64,000 nt of DNA, from the NCBI GenBank assembly GCA_965637545.1, contig OZ281494.1:5146001-5210000 (forward strand). The letters are read 5' to 3'. Below the pieces are notes generated by a model. That model saw only the letters and a list, made by a program, of their open reading frames with translations, searched no databases and was not told where the DNA came from. Positions 39,701 through 50,527 of the stretch are shown here, piece by piece. The translations under genes and the position numbers were made by a program. Each line of letters starts with the position of its first letter. The first letter of the stretch is position 1. The DNA is from Phallusia mammillata (taxonomy: Eukaryota).

Positions 39701-40110
39701 TAACAAAAGTTAATTTTTTTCATAACTTTATTTTCAATAAAGCAGTTTCATGTTAAACTTAGACAAACATTTGGATGCACTACATTTTTTCATAACTTAA
39801 AAAGTTACTGTCAAAAACGGTTCCAAAATAAATGATGTAACACTCAAATACACTTTATACATTAGTACCAAACCCTCTCAAAAAAGCTGAAGAAGACACT
39901 AATACATTAACACCAAGTAACTGATGCAGCAACAGAAACATCACAACAACAAAAACACAATTTAACCATATAATACTTACTGTTAACAGTTGGATCTTCC
40001 CCATAAACATCATCACCAACTACTGCCTCAGCCATGGCTTTCCTCATTGCATCTGTTGGTGCTGTAAAAGTGTCACTTCTAAGATCAACTACATATCCGG
40101 TAGAAGACAT
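36776..40110 (-). CDS. THA1: Low-specificity L-threonine aldolase, copy TA3 (intact, 369 aa)
   Basis: Exons 40110-39981, 39695-39523, 39244-39071, 38104-37967, 37524-37332, 37077-36776. It retains canonical GDDVYGED and CLSK|GLGAP. Confidence 0.93.
38281..38386. repeat. Imperfect palindrome (about 105 bp), MITE-like, in TA3 intron 3
   Basis: GTGTCATAC..ACTAGTTGTTT ... AAACAACTAGT..GCATTACAC. Confidence 0.55.
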
Positions 40111-41764
40111 TGTTGCAAATGTATGAGCTGCACGTACCATAAAAGTGTAAATATCAACAAAAAGACTTCCCTTACTGGTTAGAAGATAAAAATGTTACTT
40201 AAGTACACAGATTCAAGCAAATAAAAACAAAAAAACAATACAGCATGTCCAACAATTGATAGTATCTTGAAGCTGAAAACAAAATAGATCAGAGTACAAC
40301 CATGACATATATACCTTTATAGGCAGTCAAAGACAGTTTGATCAGCAAAGCTTAACATACGAACATAAGCCGAATATGTTAAGGCAATAACCTTTGTCAT
40401 CCATAGTCAACTTAATCTCCTGCAGAATACGACACCAAATGCTTAACAAGAACGTACCTTGAGGCAGTCAATTCAAATACACTCAGGAGCAAGCAATGCA
40501 CGGCCCATTTTTCCATGCAGCCTAGAGGCCGGGAGCTAACACCAACATGTTTGCATAGTACGTTGTTGAGAGTTTGACATTGTGCAAACATATTCTGAAC
40601 ACATGACAAAGAAAGTTTGTTTTAAAGCAAACAAAGAGTTTTCAAATTTACAACCATCAAAATGAATAAGCAAAAAACTACTGCAGAAAACATAAAAACA
40701 CCAACCAAAATACAACAAAATGACAAACAACATTCGAAAATGGAACCAACTTATTTTTAATTGCTCTAGTTACAATTTTTAAATTAAATTGTAACATCCG
40801 TTTTTTGTGCAGTCAAATACGTACCTTTTGAAGGAAATAATGAGTACAGACAAACCGGATGAAAAACAGATGATTTTATAGTTCTGTCATTTCCTCTTTG
40901 CACAATATTTAAAATATTGCATTTCAAACTGTGTTTACTGCTTGCTATGAACAGTAAATGAGAGGACGAAACATATCCATTGGTGTTTATTCGTCCAATG
41001 AATTTCCCACAAAGGACTAGGGAAGTCATACTTTTGCAGACGTGTCTTTTTAAGATTAAAGTTGACTTGTGCAGAAATCAGGTGCTACCATAGTATACTA
41101 ACATGGTAGTCCAGCTATTGTTACCGTCACGCTTGATTAACTCTGCACGCTTGTCGGATGCTTGCATTGAGTTGGGTGCTTTAAGAGCAGGATAATGACA
41201 AAACTGAGCGTGCTTGGTCGGTTTTATGCATCATACCATGTGTAATATTACTACGTTTGGTTGCAATTGTGCTGTTGGGGAGAATTTACTGAGTTTTTTG
41301 CCTTTTAGTCCTTCTTTAAACGCGCTGAAGTGATTTTAGCGTGGTTTTACCTAACATATTCAAGGGTGCATAAAGCTTGTTACTGATTAAGCTAAAGTCT
41401 GGTGAAAATTGAACTTTTCCAAACTGACTGCATTTTTAATGAACTGATATTTAACGACTTTGACCCCGACCAGGAACTCGATTCGGACAGACGAAAAGTC
41501 AAGCTTAAACGAAGACCACATTTTTTTCCAAAGCTACTCATTTCAAACTGTCAACAAGCGGCAGATTTTTCATAAAAGAACTGATTAGATGAGAAACTAA
41601 GCAAAAGAGTGCTGTGAAGCAAAAAGTTTATTTGAAAAAAAGTCAAGGTACAAAATAATTGCTAGACATCATAAACAAGTGTTAAACTGGTGCAGATAAA
41701 ACAGTTGTAACGACCGCTAGGTGCGCAGCCTGGCCCTGCGCCGTTCGTCACACTAGATAACCCT

Positions 41765-41888
41765 GGCCTGGCGCGCCTGACCCATATACAGACATAAAAA
41801 ACCTGATCGGGATTCGTCCCCGGGAGGTTCCTGGGTTCTAACCCCGTGAAGAAAAAAAAAAAATAAATAAATAAAAAAAAAAAAAAAA
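41765..41888 (+). mobile_element. 5'-truncated tRNA-related SINE (copy 3 of 3) inserted in the BEL 3' LTR
   Basis: Absent from the other LTR. TSD AGATAACCC(T) at 41755 and 41889. It has an A-rich/(AAAT)n tail of about 38 nt. Confidence 0.92.
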
Positions 41889-42654
41889 AGATAACCCTTT
41901 TTGTAAAACGCGCCCGTCCTACAGCCTGTCCTCCAAGACGACCCACTCTTGCATTTGCAACGAATGTTCTTTTTTGGCGATAAAAGGCAACGCTGACGAA
42001 TAAACCAAGACGACAACGTCAATAGCAACGGCAACGGTTTTTCTGTAACCACAAATAACATACATAAGCCAGACGTACACATTATGACGTCATAGCGACC
42101 ATCAAACAATAAGCAGTTTTAACAGTACACACAAGGTTTTAAACTAAATCTACATTAATCGGTCATATTTTACATTAGATTACTTCCAAATTACTCATAA
42201 CAAGTCAAGTTACTGTTAAAATACACATTAACACAAGTTAAACACAAATCAAGCAAAAACATAAAACATACCAACTGTTGGGTAACCAGGGCTTTACTAG
42301 CACGCGGCTAGAGGTTCCACAACTGACAATTCAGCATTTTAGCTATTGCTCTTAACATTTACAGTTTCACTATAAACAAAATAGTCACAAGAAATTAGGA
42401 TAAATTCACTTAAATTGACTGCAAACCTAGCAACTAACGCAGCTCACAAAAACGTGGCGTTCAAAGCACATGCTCTGTCGCGGATGAATATTTCAATACG
42501 TCACGAATAAACGAGAACTTCCAAGCGGAAATCACCCAAGCGGAACAATTAATTCTCGCTGTAACATACCCCCCGACGATGTGCGAACCCATGAGAACAT
42601 CTTTACAACACACAAACAGCGAGAAAGGAAAACGTAACGAACAAACACAACACT

Positions 42655-45600
42655 TTAAGCCTTCATAATCAAACACAATTTCGCGATCGGTCGTTTGAAC
42701 GACCCAACGTGCGTTTTAACCGAAGCACTTCGCACAAACCCGGACTTATCCGGGTACGTTTCTACGATTCTTCCGGTAAGCCATTTTCCTCGTGGTGCCG
42801 AGTTGTCGACCAACAGGACCAGATCACCAGCGTCGAGGTTCTCTTCGGGAAATTGCCATTTCTGACGCGTCTGTAGCGTCAGCAGGTACTCATTTGTCCA
42901 TCGGACCCAAAACTGGTCGGCCAAGTACTGGACCTGGCGCCAGTGTCGTCGAACGTAGTTGTCTTCCTTCACAAATACTCCGGGTGGCGAGATATCATGT
43001 CGCCCAATCAAAAGCAGGTGGTTCGGTGTCAGAGGCTCTCTGTCGGCAGGATCAAGACTGATGGGAGTCAAGGGCCTCGAGTTTAGGATGAACTCGACCT
43101 CAACAAGCAGCTTACTCAGCGTCTCGTCAGAAGGCACTTGCTGTCCCAACAATACATTCAAGATCTTGCGCACCGAACGAATTAGACGTTCCCAGACGCC
43201 ACCCATGTGACTGGCGGCAGGTGGGTTAAATGACCAGTCAACGCCCCACTGGCGAAGACGTTCTTCGATGTGAGTTTGATTCCATTTTTCAAGAGACTCG
43301 CGCAGTATGCGCTCAGCGCCGACGAAGTTCGTTCCATTATCACTGAAAATGCGCCTGGGCTTTCCCCGTCTTCCAATAAACCTTCGGAAAGCGTCAATAA
43401 ACGAGTCAGTAGAAAGCGAGTGCGCTACTTCCAAATGCACAGCACGCACGGTCATACACGTGAAGATGCAACCGTATCGTTTGACTTCGCTTCTTCCTTG
43501 TTTCACGAGTATGGGTCCAAAGTAATCCACACCCACAGACGAAAACGGTGGCTCACCCGGAGTCGTGCGCTCAACAGGTAAGTCGGCCATCATTTGTTTC
43601 GAGACTGAAGCATTTCTTCTTCGACAGAACACACAGTTTCCAAGGATTCTTCTTACCGCTACACCACCTCGCACAATCCAATATCTCTGACGAACAATTG
43701 CCCAAGTGTGCGACATTCCGGAATGGCAAACATTAGCGTGTGTCTCGCGAATAATCAAAGTAGTAATGTGATGTGCGTTTGGGAGAATCATCGGGTGCTT
43801 AATTTCAAAGGGAATCGGTGCCCTTTCCAGGCGGCCACCCACTCGCAACACACCACCAATCAAAACAGGATTGAGTCTATGAAGAGCTTTTGATGGCAGT
43901 TTCTTCATGACTTTCTTCTTCCCGGTGCGATCTAAGTCTTCGCACTTGCACAATGCCTCTATTTCGTCAGAAAACTGTCTTCCTTGAACATATTTGACAA
44001 TCGCTAGCTCAGCACTTTCAAGATCAGCGACAGTCAGTCTTTTGGATAGGTGTTGGTTCTTCTTAGAACGCAGATAGTCAACGAATCGCTGGAGCCAAGC
44101 AACTGCCTTCTTTAATTTCTTCCATGAAGAATAGCGACAAATTAAATCATCAAACAAACACTGCTCCTCTGCAACATGCACAGCCAACATTTTCTTCGGT
44201 TTCATGTTTAAATATTCCTCGGGAACATCTTTGGTATTCACGGGATTCGTAGGCCAGTGACGTTCATCGCTGCCTAAAAACGAAGGTCCGGTGAACCAAC
44301 GCTTGTTTTGGAGAAAAGCCTTTACAGTACACCCACGAGATGCGTCATCAGCTGGGTTTAATGCAGTAGGAACATGCTTCCACTGCGACGCGTCGGATCC
44401 TTCCTCAATTTTCGCCAGTCGGTTGGCGAAAAAGGTACAAAACCGTTTATTTACGTTGTAAATGGATTGGAGAACTGCAGTTGAATCAGTCCAAAACACG
44501 GATCGTCCGATATCCAAGTCAAGTTCCTGCCTTAAAACTTGGTCCATCTTGACAGCAAGAGTAGCTGCGGTCAATTCCAATCTGGGAATAGACACCATCT
44601 TCAAAGGCGCAAGACGGGCCTTTCCAGTAACAAAAGAACAATGCACATTGCCTTGTTCATCCATTGTTCGCAAGTATGCGACTGTTCCGTATCCACAGGA
44701 AGACGCATCTGCGAAATGATGCAGCTCGTGCGTCTTGACTTCAAGTCCAGTGGTCTGAAAACACCTTTTAATCTTAATTTCTGATAGACCTGGAAGCTCA
44801 GAAATCCATGCGTTCCATCTCTTTTCTATATCCGGTGGAACTTCCTGATCCCAGCCATAATTTTCTTTGCAAAGCTCCTGCAAAAGCTTTCGCGCATGTA
44901 ATATTACAGGCGCAACGAAACCCAGGGGATCGAACAAGGAGCTGACCACGGAAAGTATTCCTCTCCTCGTTACAGGCTTCTTTTTGACCTTTACGTCAAA
45001 TTCAAACACGTCGGAGCGAAAATTCCACAACACTCCAAGCACACGTTCCATGTGCTTTACATCAACATTTAATATAATGGACTGTACAGATCTATCTTCG
45101 GTTGGGACTGACGACAACACACGCTCGCTGTTGCTCACCCATTTTCTGAGCCGAAATCCTCCGAGCTGCAACAATTCACGCAACTCGCCAGCCAATTTGA
45201 TTGCATTGTCTTCGTTCCTTACGGACTTCAAACAATCGTCCACGTAGAAGTTTTGTTTCACTGTCGAAACCGCTTCAGGACTGAATCTCTCCTGGTTGTC
45301 TTCGGCAGTTTTCTGCAAACAGTACCCAGCACAGCAAGGAGACGAGGCTGCACCAAATATGTGCACCAGCATCTGGTAATCAACGGGTTCACGCGACAAA
45401 TCGCCTCCAGGCCACCAAACGAATCTTAGTGCAGATGTATCGATCGGATCAACCTTTACCTGGTGAAACATCGCTTCTACATCGGCGACAAAAGCAACTG
45501 GTTCCTGGCGAAATCGAACAAGCGTCCCAAAAAGACTGTTGAGCAAATCTGGGCCTTGCAAAAGCTGGTCATTCAGCGAAATATTATGATATCTGGCGGC

Positions 45601-48396
45601 GCAGTCAAAGACGACCCTCACCTTTCCAGGTTTCTGCGGGTGTACAACCGGGTGATGCGGCAGGTACCAAACAGCGCCATCTTCCGGCTCCTTGTCGTCG
45701 CACTTCAAACGTCTGGCATATCCCTCGTTCAAGTACGTATCCAACGTTTGCTTGTACTTCTCATACAGCTGCGAATCAGTTTCCAATCGCCGTTTCAAGT
45801 ATGACAAACGCTTCATTGCCATAGCACGATTATTTGGCAAGTTTGGAGCACCTGGTCTCCATGGCATTCGCAGTTGGTAGTGTCCGTCATGACACTTCAC
45901 TGAGCTTTCCATCTGTTTCAATGCGTACCTGTCTTCTTTCGACAGTGTCGTTCCGGGTGACAACGCGGTTTGGCCAAAGTCGCTTTCCCACATGCATTTT
46001 ATCTGTTGGTGCAACGTTTCGTCCTGCGAGGTTACAAAATTCACCCGTATCTGTGAACTTCTTGAACCATTACTACGACATGGACCTACAAGCGACCAAC
46101 CGAGCATAGAACGCACGGCACTTGGCTCCTTTCTTCCGCCTCTTCGTTCATCATTTATCCAGAACACCTCGGGAACGTTCGCTCCAATCAGCAACATGAC
46201 TTCCCCATGGGGCAAGACAGGAAACTCTAAATTTCGCAAGTGAGGCCATCGCCAAAGCGACCCTTCCGGTATTCTGTTTGGGGAGACTGGCAAACTGTCC
46301 ACGCTCAAAACGTCGTTTAATCGTACGGATTGCTTCCCGTCGAGCGACGCCACCGTTAAATCGACGGCCAAACCCTCTCTTCTCTGTGACCTATCACTGA
46401 CAGTGGTCAAGGAGTACGTTGTCTTTCTCCCCCCGACGTCCAGCTGCTCGATCAGTCGTTTGTCACACAAGGTTGTAGTCGATCCTTGATCCAAAAAGGC
46501 GTAAGTTTCCAGCTTTCTACCATTACTGGCCGTAACCTTTACCGGCACTATGTTAAGGTACACACTCTCTGCATGAGTGCTCATGCAAGTCCAGGTGACA
46601 GTTGCATTTGATGATGACGGTTTCTCTTCTGAGGCCTGCGTAGACGCTTCGCGTACGGGTGCAGTTGAAGAAGTCTTCCATTCTGTCCAGTGCAGAAGGT
46701 TGTGATGCTTTCCACGGCATCCGCCGATGGTGCAAGAGTTTGGTAAACTACATGTTCTTGCTATATGACCCTTTACAAAGCAATTGTCACACAGCCGAAC
46801 TTGACGCAGAAACTTTCTTCGCTCTACGAAGGTTTTCCGTTTGAACACGTCGCAATTGCCAAGGTCGTGTGATTTACTGCACAAAGGACATCCCTGCTTC
46901 TGAGGACTTCTAGGTTCAGCCTTACGCTCGTTTCCCGGAGCAACCGATGTCGCATGAGTCGATGCTCTTGTCCTCGTCGTAGGAGATTTGCTGCGCCTTT
47001 TCTGCGTATCTCTGTCCTTCCGAGGACCCAACACTCGACCAAACATCGTGGTTCCAATGTACGCTTCTTTCTTAACGAATTCAACAAGGTGACAGAAACG
47101 AGGCTCTTCCCCATTCCTTTCAATTTTAGCAGCATGTCTTCTCCATTGACTTTGCAGTGCAAACGGCAATCGCTTTATTATATTCAGCATATTTTCAAAA
47201 TTGTTGATGTCTGCGAAGTATCCCAGATGAGTCAGGGTCACCAGACACTCTTCTAATGCCTGTGCTAGCTCTATCAATCCGTCAGTATCATCGGATTTCA
47301 GATAAGGCCAGTGACTTAGCTTATCCACGTATGCACGTGCGATAATGATAGGACGTCCGTAACGCTCTAATAACAACTCTCGAGCCCTTCGGTAACCTTC
47401 CGGAGAGTCAAGGCCAATGCAAAAGGCAATCATTGCATGTGCTTCTTTTCGACAGTATTGGATCAGATAATTAAGCTTCACACTGTCGCTGTCTACCCGC
47501 CGACCAATATTTTCGTCAAAGCTTATCATGAAACGCGTGTACATTAGCGGATCACCATCAAAATACAATAGCTGTGGCCTGGGAAGCTCCATCCCTGCCT
47601 TTAAGACTGCAGCAACACGACACAGGTCACTCACCTCCGGCTCATGATTCAGTGCTTCCGTTTTTGGTTTAGGTTCGCAACGCGAGGAGGACGGAATGTC
47701 CGTTACCTGCGCTTCTGAACTGCTTCTGTTAATAATGCTGGAGTCTGATGCTTGCTTTTCCTCTTTTACTACTTCGGGTTTGGTCTCAGGTGAGAAGAGG
47801 ACTGGTAATTCAACTTGCTTCTCTGGCTGAAATCCAGCGAAACATGATCCCGATGAAGACGTTCTTTCCCATAACTCAGCTGCCACTGTGGCAGCCTTTA
47901 TTTTATGGTCAGCTTCCAGAAGTTTTAACTGATTTTCTGTTTCCATCCTTTTTTGCAGAAACTCCTTTTCCAGCAGCGCGACTTCCTTATTTACCAGCGC
48001 CTCAGTACGTCTGCAACTCGACCTCGAACTTGTATGTGAACCAATTCTACTTCTAGAACCAAAATCGCTGACAGACGGTTCCTTGCTCGAGTGTTCAGGT
48101 GGTTTGGAACGCCTTACTTCCTCTAACCATTCTTCTGTGCGCGCATCAAATTCTTGCTTGCCACTTCGCAAACTTGAGAGCGCAGCATTAATTTTTCTTC
48201 TATCTTTTTTCTTTTTTACAAAATCCAGTCGTGTTGTGTGTTTGCCAACACATTCGTCGTACAAAACATCAATGGATGAAGTCTTCTCTTTTAACTGTTG
48301 CACATTCGAGGAATCAATCATAATTTCCTCTGCATCTTGATATGCCAAGTTCAGTCGTTTAACTAAATTGTCAAGAGTGTGTTGAGATTCAACCAT
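42655..48396 (-). CDS. BEL/Pao Gag-Pol polyprotein (about 1913 aa from first ATG)
   Basis: Uninterrupted ORF with three CCHC-type knuckles, protease (FLDQGS), RT (ADVEAMFHQV, FYVDD), RNase H (FADAS) and integrase (HHCC region, VDYFGP / SDNGTNF / GGVWER). Confidence 0.96.
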   Translation of the reverse strand: MVESQHTLDNLVKRLNLAYQDAEEIMIDSSNVQQLKEKTSSIDVLYDECVGKHTTRLDFVKKKKDRRKINAALSSLRSGKQEFDARTEEWLEEVRRSKPPEHSSKEPSVSDFGSRSRIGSHTSSRSSCRRTEALVNKEVALLEKEFLQKRMETENQLKLLEADHKIKAATVAAELWERTSSSGSCFAGFQPEKQVELPVLFSPETKPEVVKEEKQASDSSIINRSSSEAQVTDIPSSSRCEPKPKTEALNHEPEVSDLCRVAAVLKAGMELPRPQLLYFDGDPLMYTRFMISFDENIGRRVDSDSVKLNYLIQYCRKEAHAMIAFCIGLDSPEGYRRARELLLERYGRPIIIARAYVDKLSHWPYLKSDDTDGLIELAQALEECLVTLTHLGYFADINNFENMLNIIKRLPFALQSQWRRHAAKIERNGEEPRFCHLVEFVKKEAYIGTTMFGRVLGPRKDRDTQKRRSKSPTTRTRASTHATSVAPGNERKAEPRSPQKQGCPLCSKSHDLGNCDVFKRKTFVERRKFLRQVRLCDNCFVKGHIARTCSLPNSCTIGGCRGKHHNLLHWTEWKTSSTAPVREASTQASEEKPSSSNATVTWTCMSTHAESVYLNIVPVKVTASNGRKLETYAFLDQGSTTTLCDKRLIEQLDVGGRKTTYSLTTVSDRSQRREGLAVDLTVASLDGKQSVRLNDVLSVDSLPVSPNRIPEGSLWRWPHLRNLEFPVLPHGEVMLLIGANVPEVFWINDERRGGRKEPSAVRSMLGWSLVGPCRSNGSRSSQIRVNFVTSQDETLHQQIKCMWESDFGQTALSPGTTLSKEDRYALKQMESSVKCHDGHYQLRMPWRPGAPNLPNNRAMAMKRLSYLKRRLETDSQLYEKYKQTLDTYLNEGYARRLKCDDKEPEDGAVWYLPHHPVVHPQKPGKVRVVFDCAARYHNISLNDQLLQGPDLLNSLFGTLVRFRQEPVAFVADVEAMFHQVKVDPIDTSALRFVWWPGGDLSREPVDYQMLVHIFGAASSPCCAGYCLQKTAEDNQERFSPEAVSTVKQNFYVDDCLKSVRNEDNAIKLAGELRELLQLGGFRLRKWVSNSERVLSSVPTEDRSVQSIILNVDVKHMERVLGVLWNFRSDVFEFDVKVKKKPVTRRGILSVVSSLFDPLGFVAPVILHARKLLQELCKENYGWDQEVPPDIEKRWNAWISELPGLSEIKIKRCFQTTGLEVKTHELHHFADASSCGYGTVAYLRTMDEQGNVHCSFVTGKARLAPLKMVSIPRLELTAATLAVKMDQVLRQELDLDIGRSVFWTDSTAVLQSIYNVNKRFCTFFANRLAKIEEGSDASQWKHVPTALNPADDASRGCTVKAFLQNKRWFTGPSFLGSDERHWPTNPVNTKDVPEEYLNMKPKKMLAVHVAEEQCLFDDLICRYSSWKKLKKAVAWLQRFVDYLRSKKNQHLSKRLTVADLESAELAIVKYVQGRQFSDEIEALCKCEDLDRTGKKKVMKKLPSKALHRLNPVLIGGVLRVGGRLERAPIPFEIKHPMILPNAHHITTLIIRETHANVCHSGMSHTWAIVRQRYWIVRGGVAVRRILGNCVFCRRRNASVSKQMMADLPVERTTPGEPPFSSVGVDYFGPILVKQGRSEVKRYGCIFTCMTVRAVHLEVAHSLSTDSFIDAFRRFIGRRGKPRRIFSDNGTNFVGAERILRESLEKWNQTHIEERLRQWGVDWSFNPPAASHMGGVWERLIRSVRKILNVLLGQQVPSDETLSKLLVEVEFILNSRPLTPISLDPADREPLTPNHLLLIGRHDISPPGVFVKEDNYVRRHWRQVQYLADQFWVRWTNEYLLTLQTRQKWQFPEENLDAGDLVLLVDNSAPRGKWLTGRIVETYPDKSGFVRSASVKTHVGSFKRPIAKLCLIMKA

Positions 48397-48427
48397 CTTG
48401 ATAGCTCTACCAACGATGTTAGAAAGT

Positions 48428-48670
48428 TCGAAGTTGAAAACCTTTATTTTCAACGAGTTGAAAAACTTTATTTTTCAGAGGCTTCCGTAGATTGAACACT
48501 TTGTTTTCAATCAGTTGAAAAACTTTATTTTTCATCAGTTTTTCCGTAAGTTGAAAAACTTTATTTTTCAACGATTTCCGTAGGTTGAACACTTTGTGTT
48601 CCAAAGTTGAAAAACTTTATTTTTCAACGATTTCCGTAGGTTGAACACTTTCAAAGTTGAAAAACTTTAA
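48428..48670. repeat. Array of about 8-9 short hairpin units in the BEL leader
   Basis: Repeated GTTGAAAAA-CTTTA-TTTTTCAAC (9-bp stem, 5-nt loop) and variants. Confidence 0.9.
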
Positions 48671-50527
48671 TGTAACGACCGCTAGGTGCGCAGCCTGGCC
48701 CTGCGCCGTTCGTCACACTAGATAACCCTTTTTGTAAAACGCGCCCGTCCTACAGCCTGTCCTCCAAGACGACCCACTCTTGCATTTGCAACGAATGTTC
48801 TTTTTTGGCGATAAAAGGCAACGCTGACGAATAAACCAAGACGACAACGTCAATAGCAACGGCAACGGTTTTTCTGTAACCACAAATAACATACATAAGC
48901 CAGACGTACACATTATGACGTCATAGCGACCATCAAACAATAAGCAGTTTTAACAGTACACACAAGGTTTTAAACTAAATCTACATTAATCGGTCATATT
49001 TTACATTAGATTACTTCCAAATTACTCATAACAAGTCAAGTTACTGTTAAAATACACATTAACACAAGTTAAACACAAATCAAGCAAAAACATAAAACAT
49101 ACCAACTGTTGGGTAACCAGGGCTTTACTAGCACGCGGCTAGAGGTTCCACAACTGACAATTCAGCATTTTAGCTATTGCTCTTAACATTTACAGTTTCA
49201 CTATAAACAAAATAGTCACAAGAAATTAGGATAAATTCACTTAAATTGACTGCAAACCTAGCAACTAACGCAGCTCACAAAAACGTGGCGTTCAAAGCAC
49301 ATGCTCTGTCGCGGATGAATATTTCAATACGTCACGAATAAACGAGAACTTCCAAGCGGAAATCACCCAAGCGGAACAATTAATTCTCGCTGTAACAACA
49401 GTTAAATGCTGTGATTGGTAACATATAGTTTAGAGTATTTGGAAGGTGATGTTTTGTTCAAGGCAAAAAACAATTTTACGAAAGTAAGCAAAATTGTTAG
49501 CAAGTTGCCCACCATGCAATCACAGCAGGGCAAGCTGATTTTTTCAATGGAGCAAAACCCTGGAGGTCTCACTTATCCTTCATCAGAGTTACTGCAACTT
49601 TTACAAAGTGTGTACCTGAATTGCTTGAGAAAGAGTTTTTTGGCCAACCAACAAGCTAGACTATTTTGTGTAAAAGTTTTTCCATGATCTTCATTATGAA
49701 AGTTTCCAAAATAGGACATGTGATATTCTGGAAGTTGATATGGATAAAGAGAAAGTACCCAATAGGTTTTAATATCCGATTTATTTATTTGTGTCTTGTC
49801 GTTCACGTTTGCCGAAAAGCTATTTTCTAAAATGTTCCAAAGATCTACCAAGGAAACCAAAAAAGGGGCTCTGAAAAATATATCAAAATAAAACTGTCAA
49901 AAGTGTCTGTACTTTCTGCACAATGTGCTTCTTTTTTCAAATTACAAAAAATGATGCCTCAACAAAATCTGTTCAAATACCACATAAACCACAGAAAACA
50001 ACTGATTTTTAATGCCTAATTAAGCAACTGCAGGGGAACCAAAGTGATGGCAATATTAGTAATAAGCCAATAGATAGATGATAAGTAAGCTGCAAGTACT
50101 GCTTACTGTTTTGACAAGGTCTCATCAGTGCACCTGATGACAAGACACAAGCCATGTTGGCTAGTGTAGTAACATGCTGAAAAACCTTGCCTCGCCAATT
50201 CGGTTCATTGCCTCAATATTAAAGCAATTTCTACAAAAAAGATGCTGTCTATAAGTTTTTAAAAATACACTTCAAAGAGTTCATACAATTGAAAGCTAAA
50301 AATGTTTTAATAGCTCTACATACATTAAACAATAAACCCAATAACTAAAAAAACTTCAAAACAGACACTGATTTGTCGCCAGCGGCTTTGAAAAACTAGC
50401 TGTTTACCACGTACCTCATACAAAACTTCAGGCGACGTGCAGTGTCAGTCATGCGTAACCGAAATGCGCAGGATAATAAAAGAAACGAGAGGAAAAGAGG
50501 AGCTGGACTACCATGTTAGTATACTAT

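Larger units (their letters stand above)
41706..49397 (-). mobile_element. Full-length BEL/Pao LTR retrotransposon
   Basis: TG..CA LTRs at 48671-49397 (5', 727 bp) and 41706-42566 (3', 727 bp plus a 134-bp insertion). 5-bp TSD ACAGT at 41701-41705 and 49398-49402. A purine-rich tract (GGGGGGTA) precedes the 3' LTR. One long ORF. Confidence 0.97.

Noticed and set aside
42792-48340. Numerous short plus-strand and alternate-frame ORFs inside the retrotransposon
   Set aside because: These are shadows of the GC-richer Gag-Pol ORF with no recognisable motifs.
48397-48453. ORF-track N-terminal extensions from TTG/GTG starts (also at 3529, 57267 and 62630)
   Set aside because: Non-ATG starts are a prokaryote-style ORF-calling artefact. 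An ATG or an upstream exon explains each gene.
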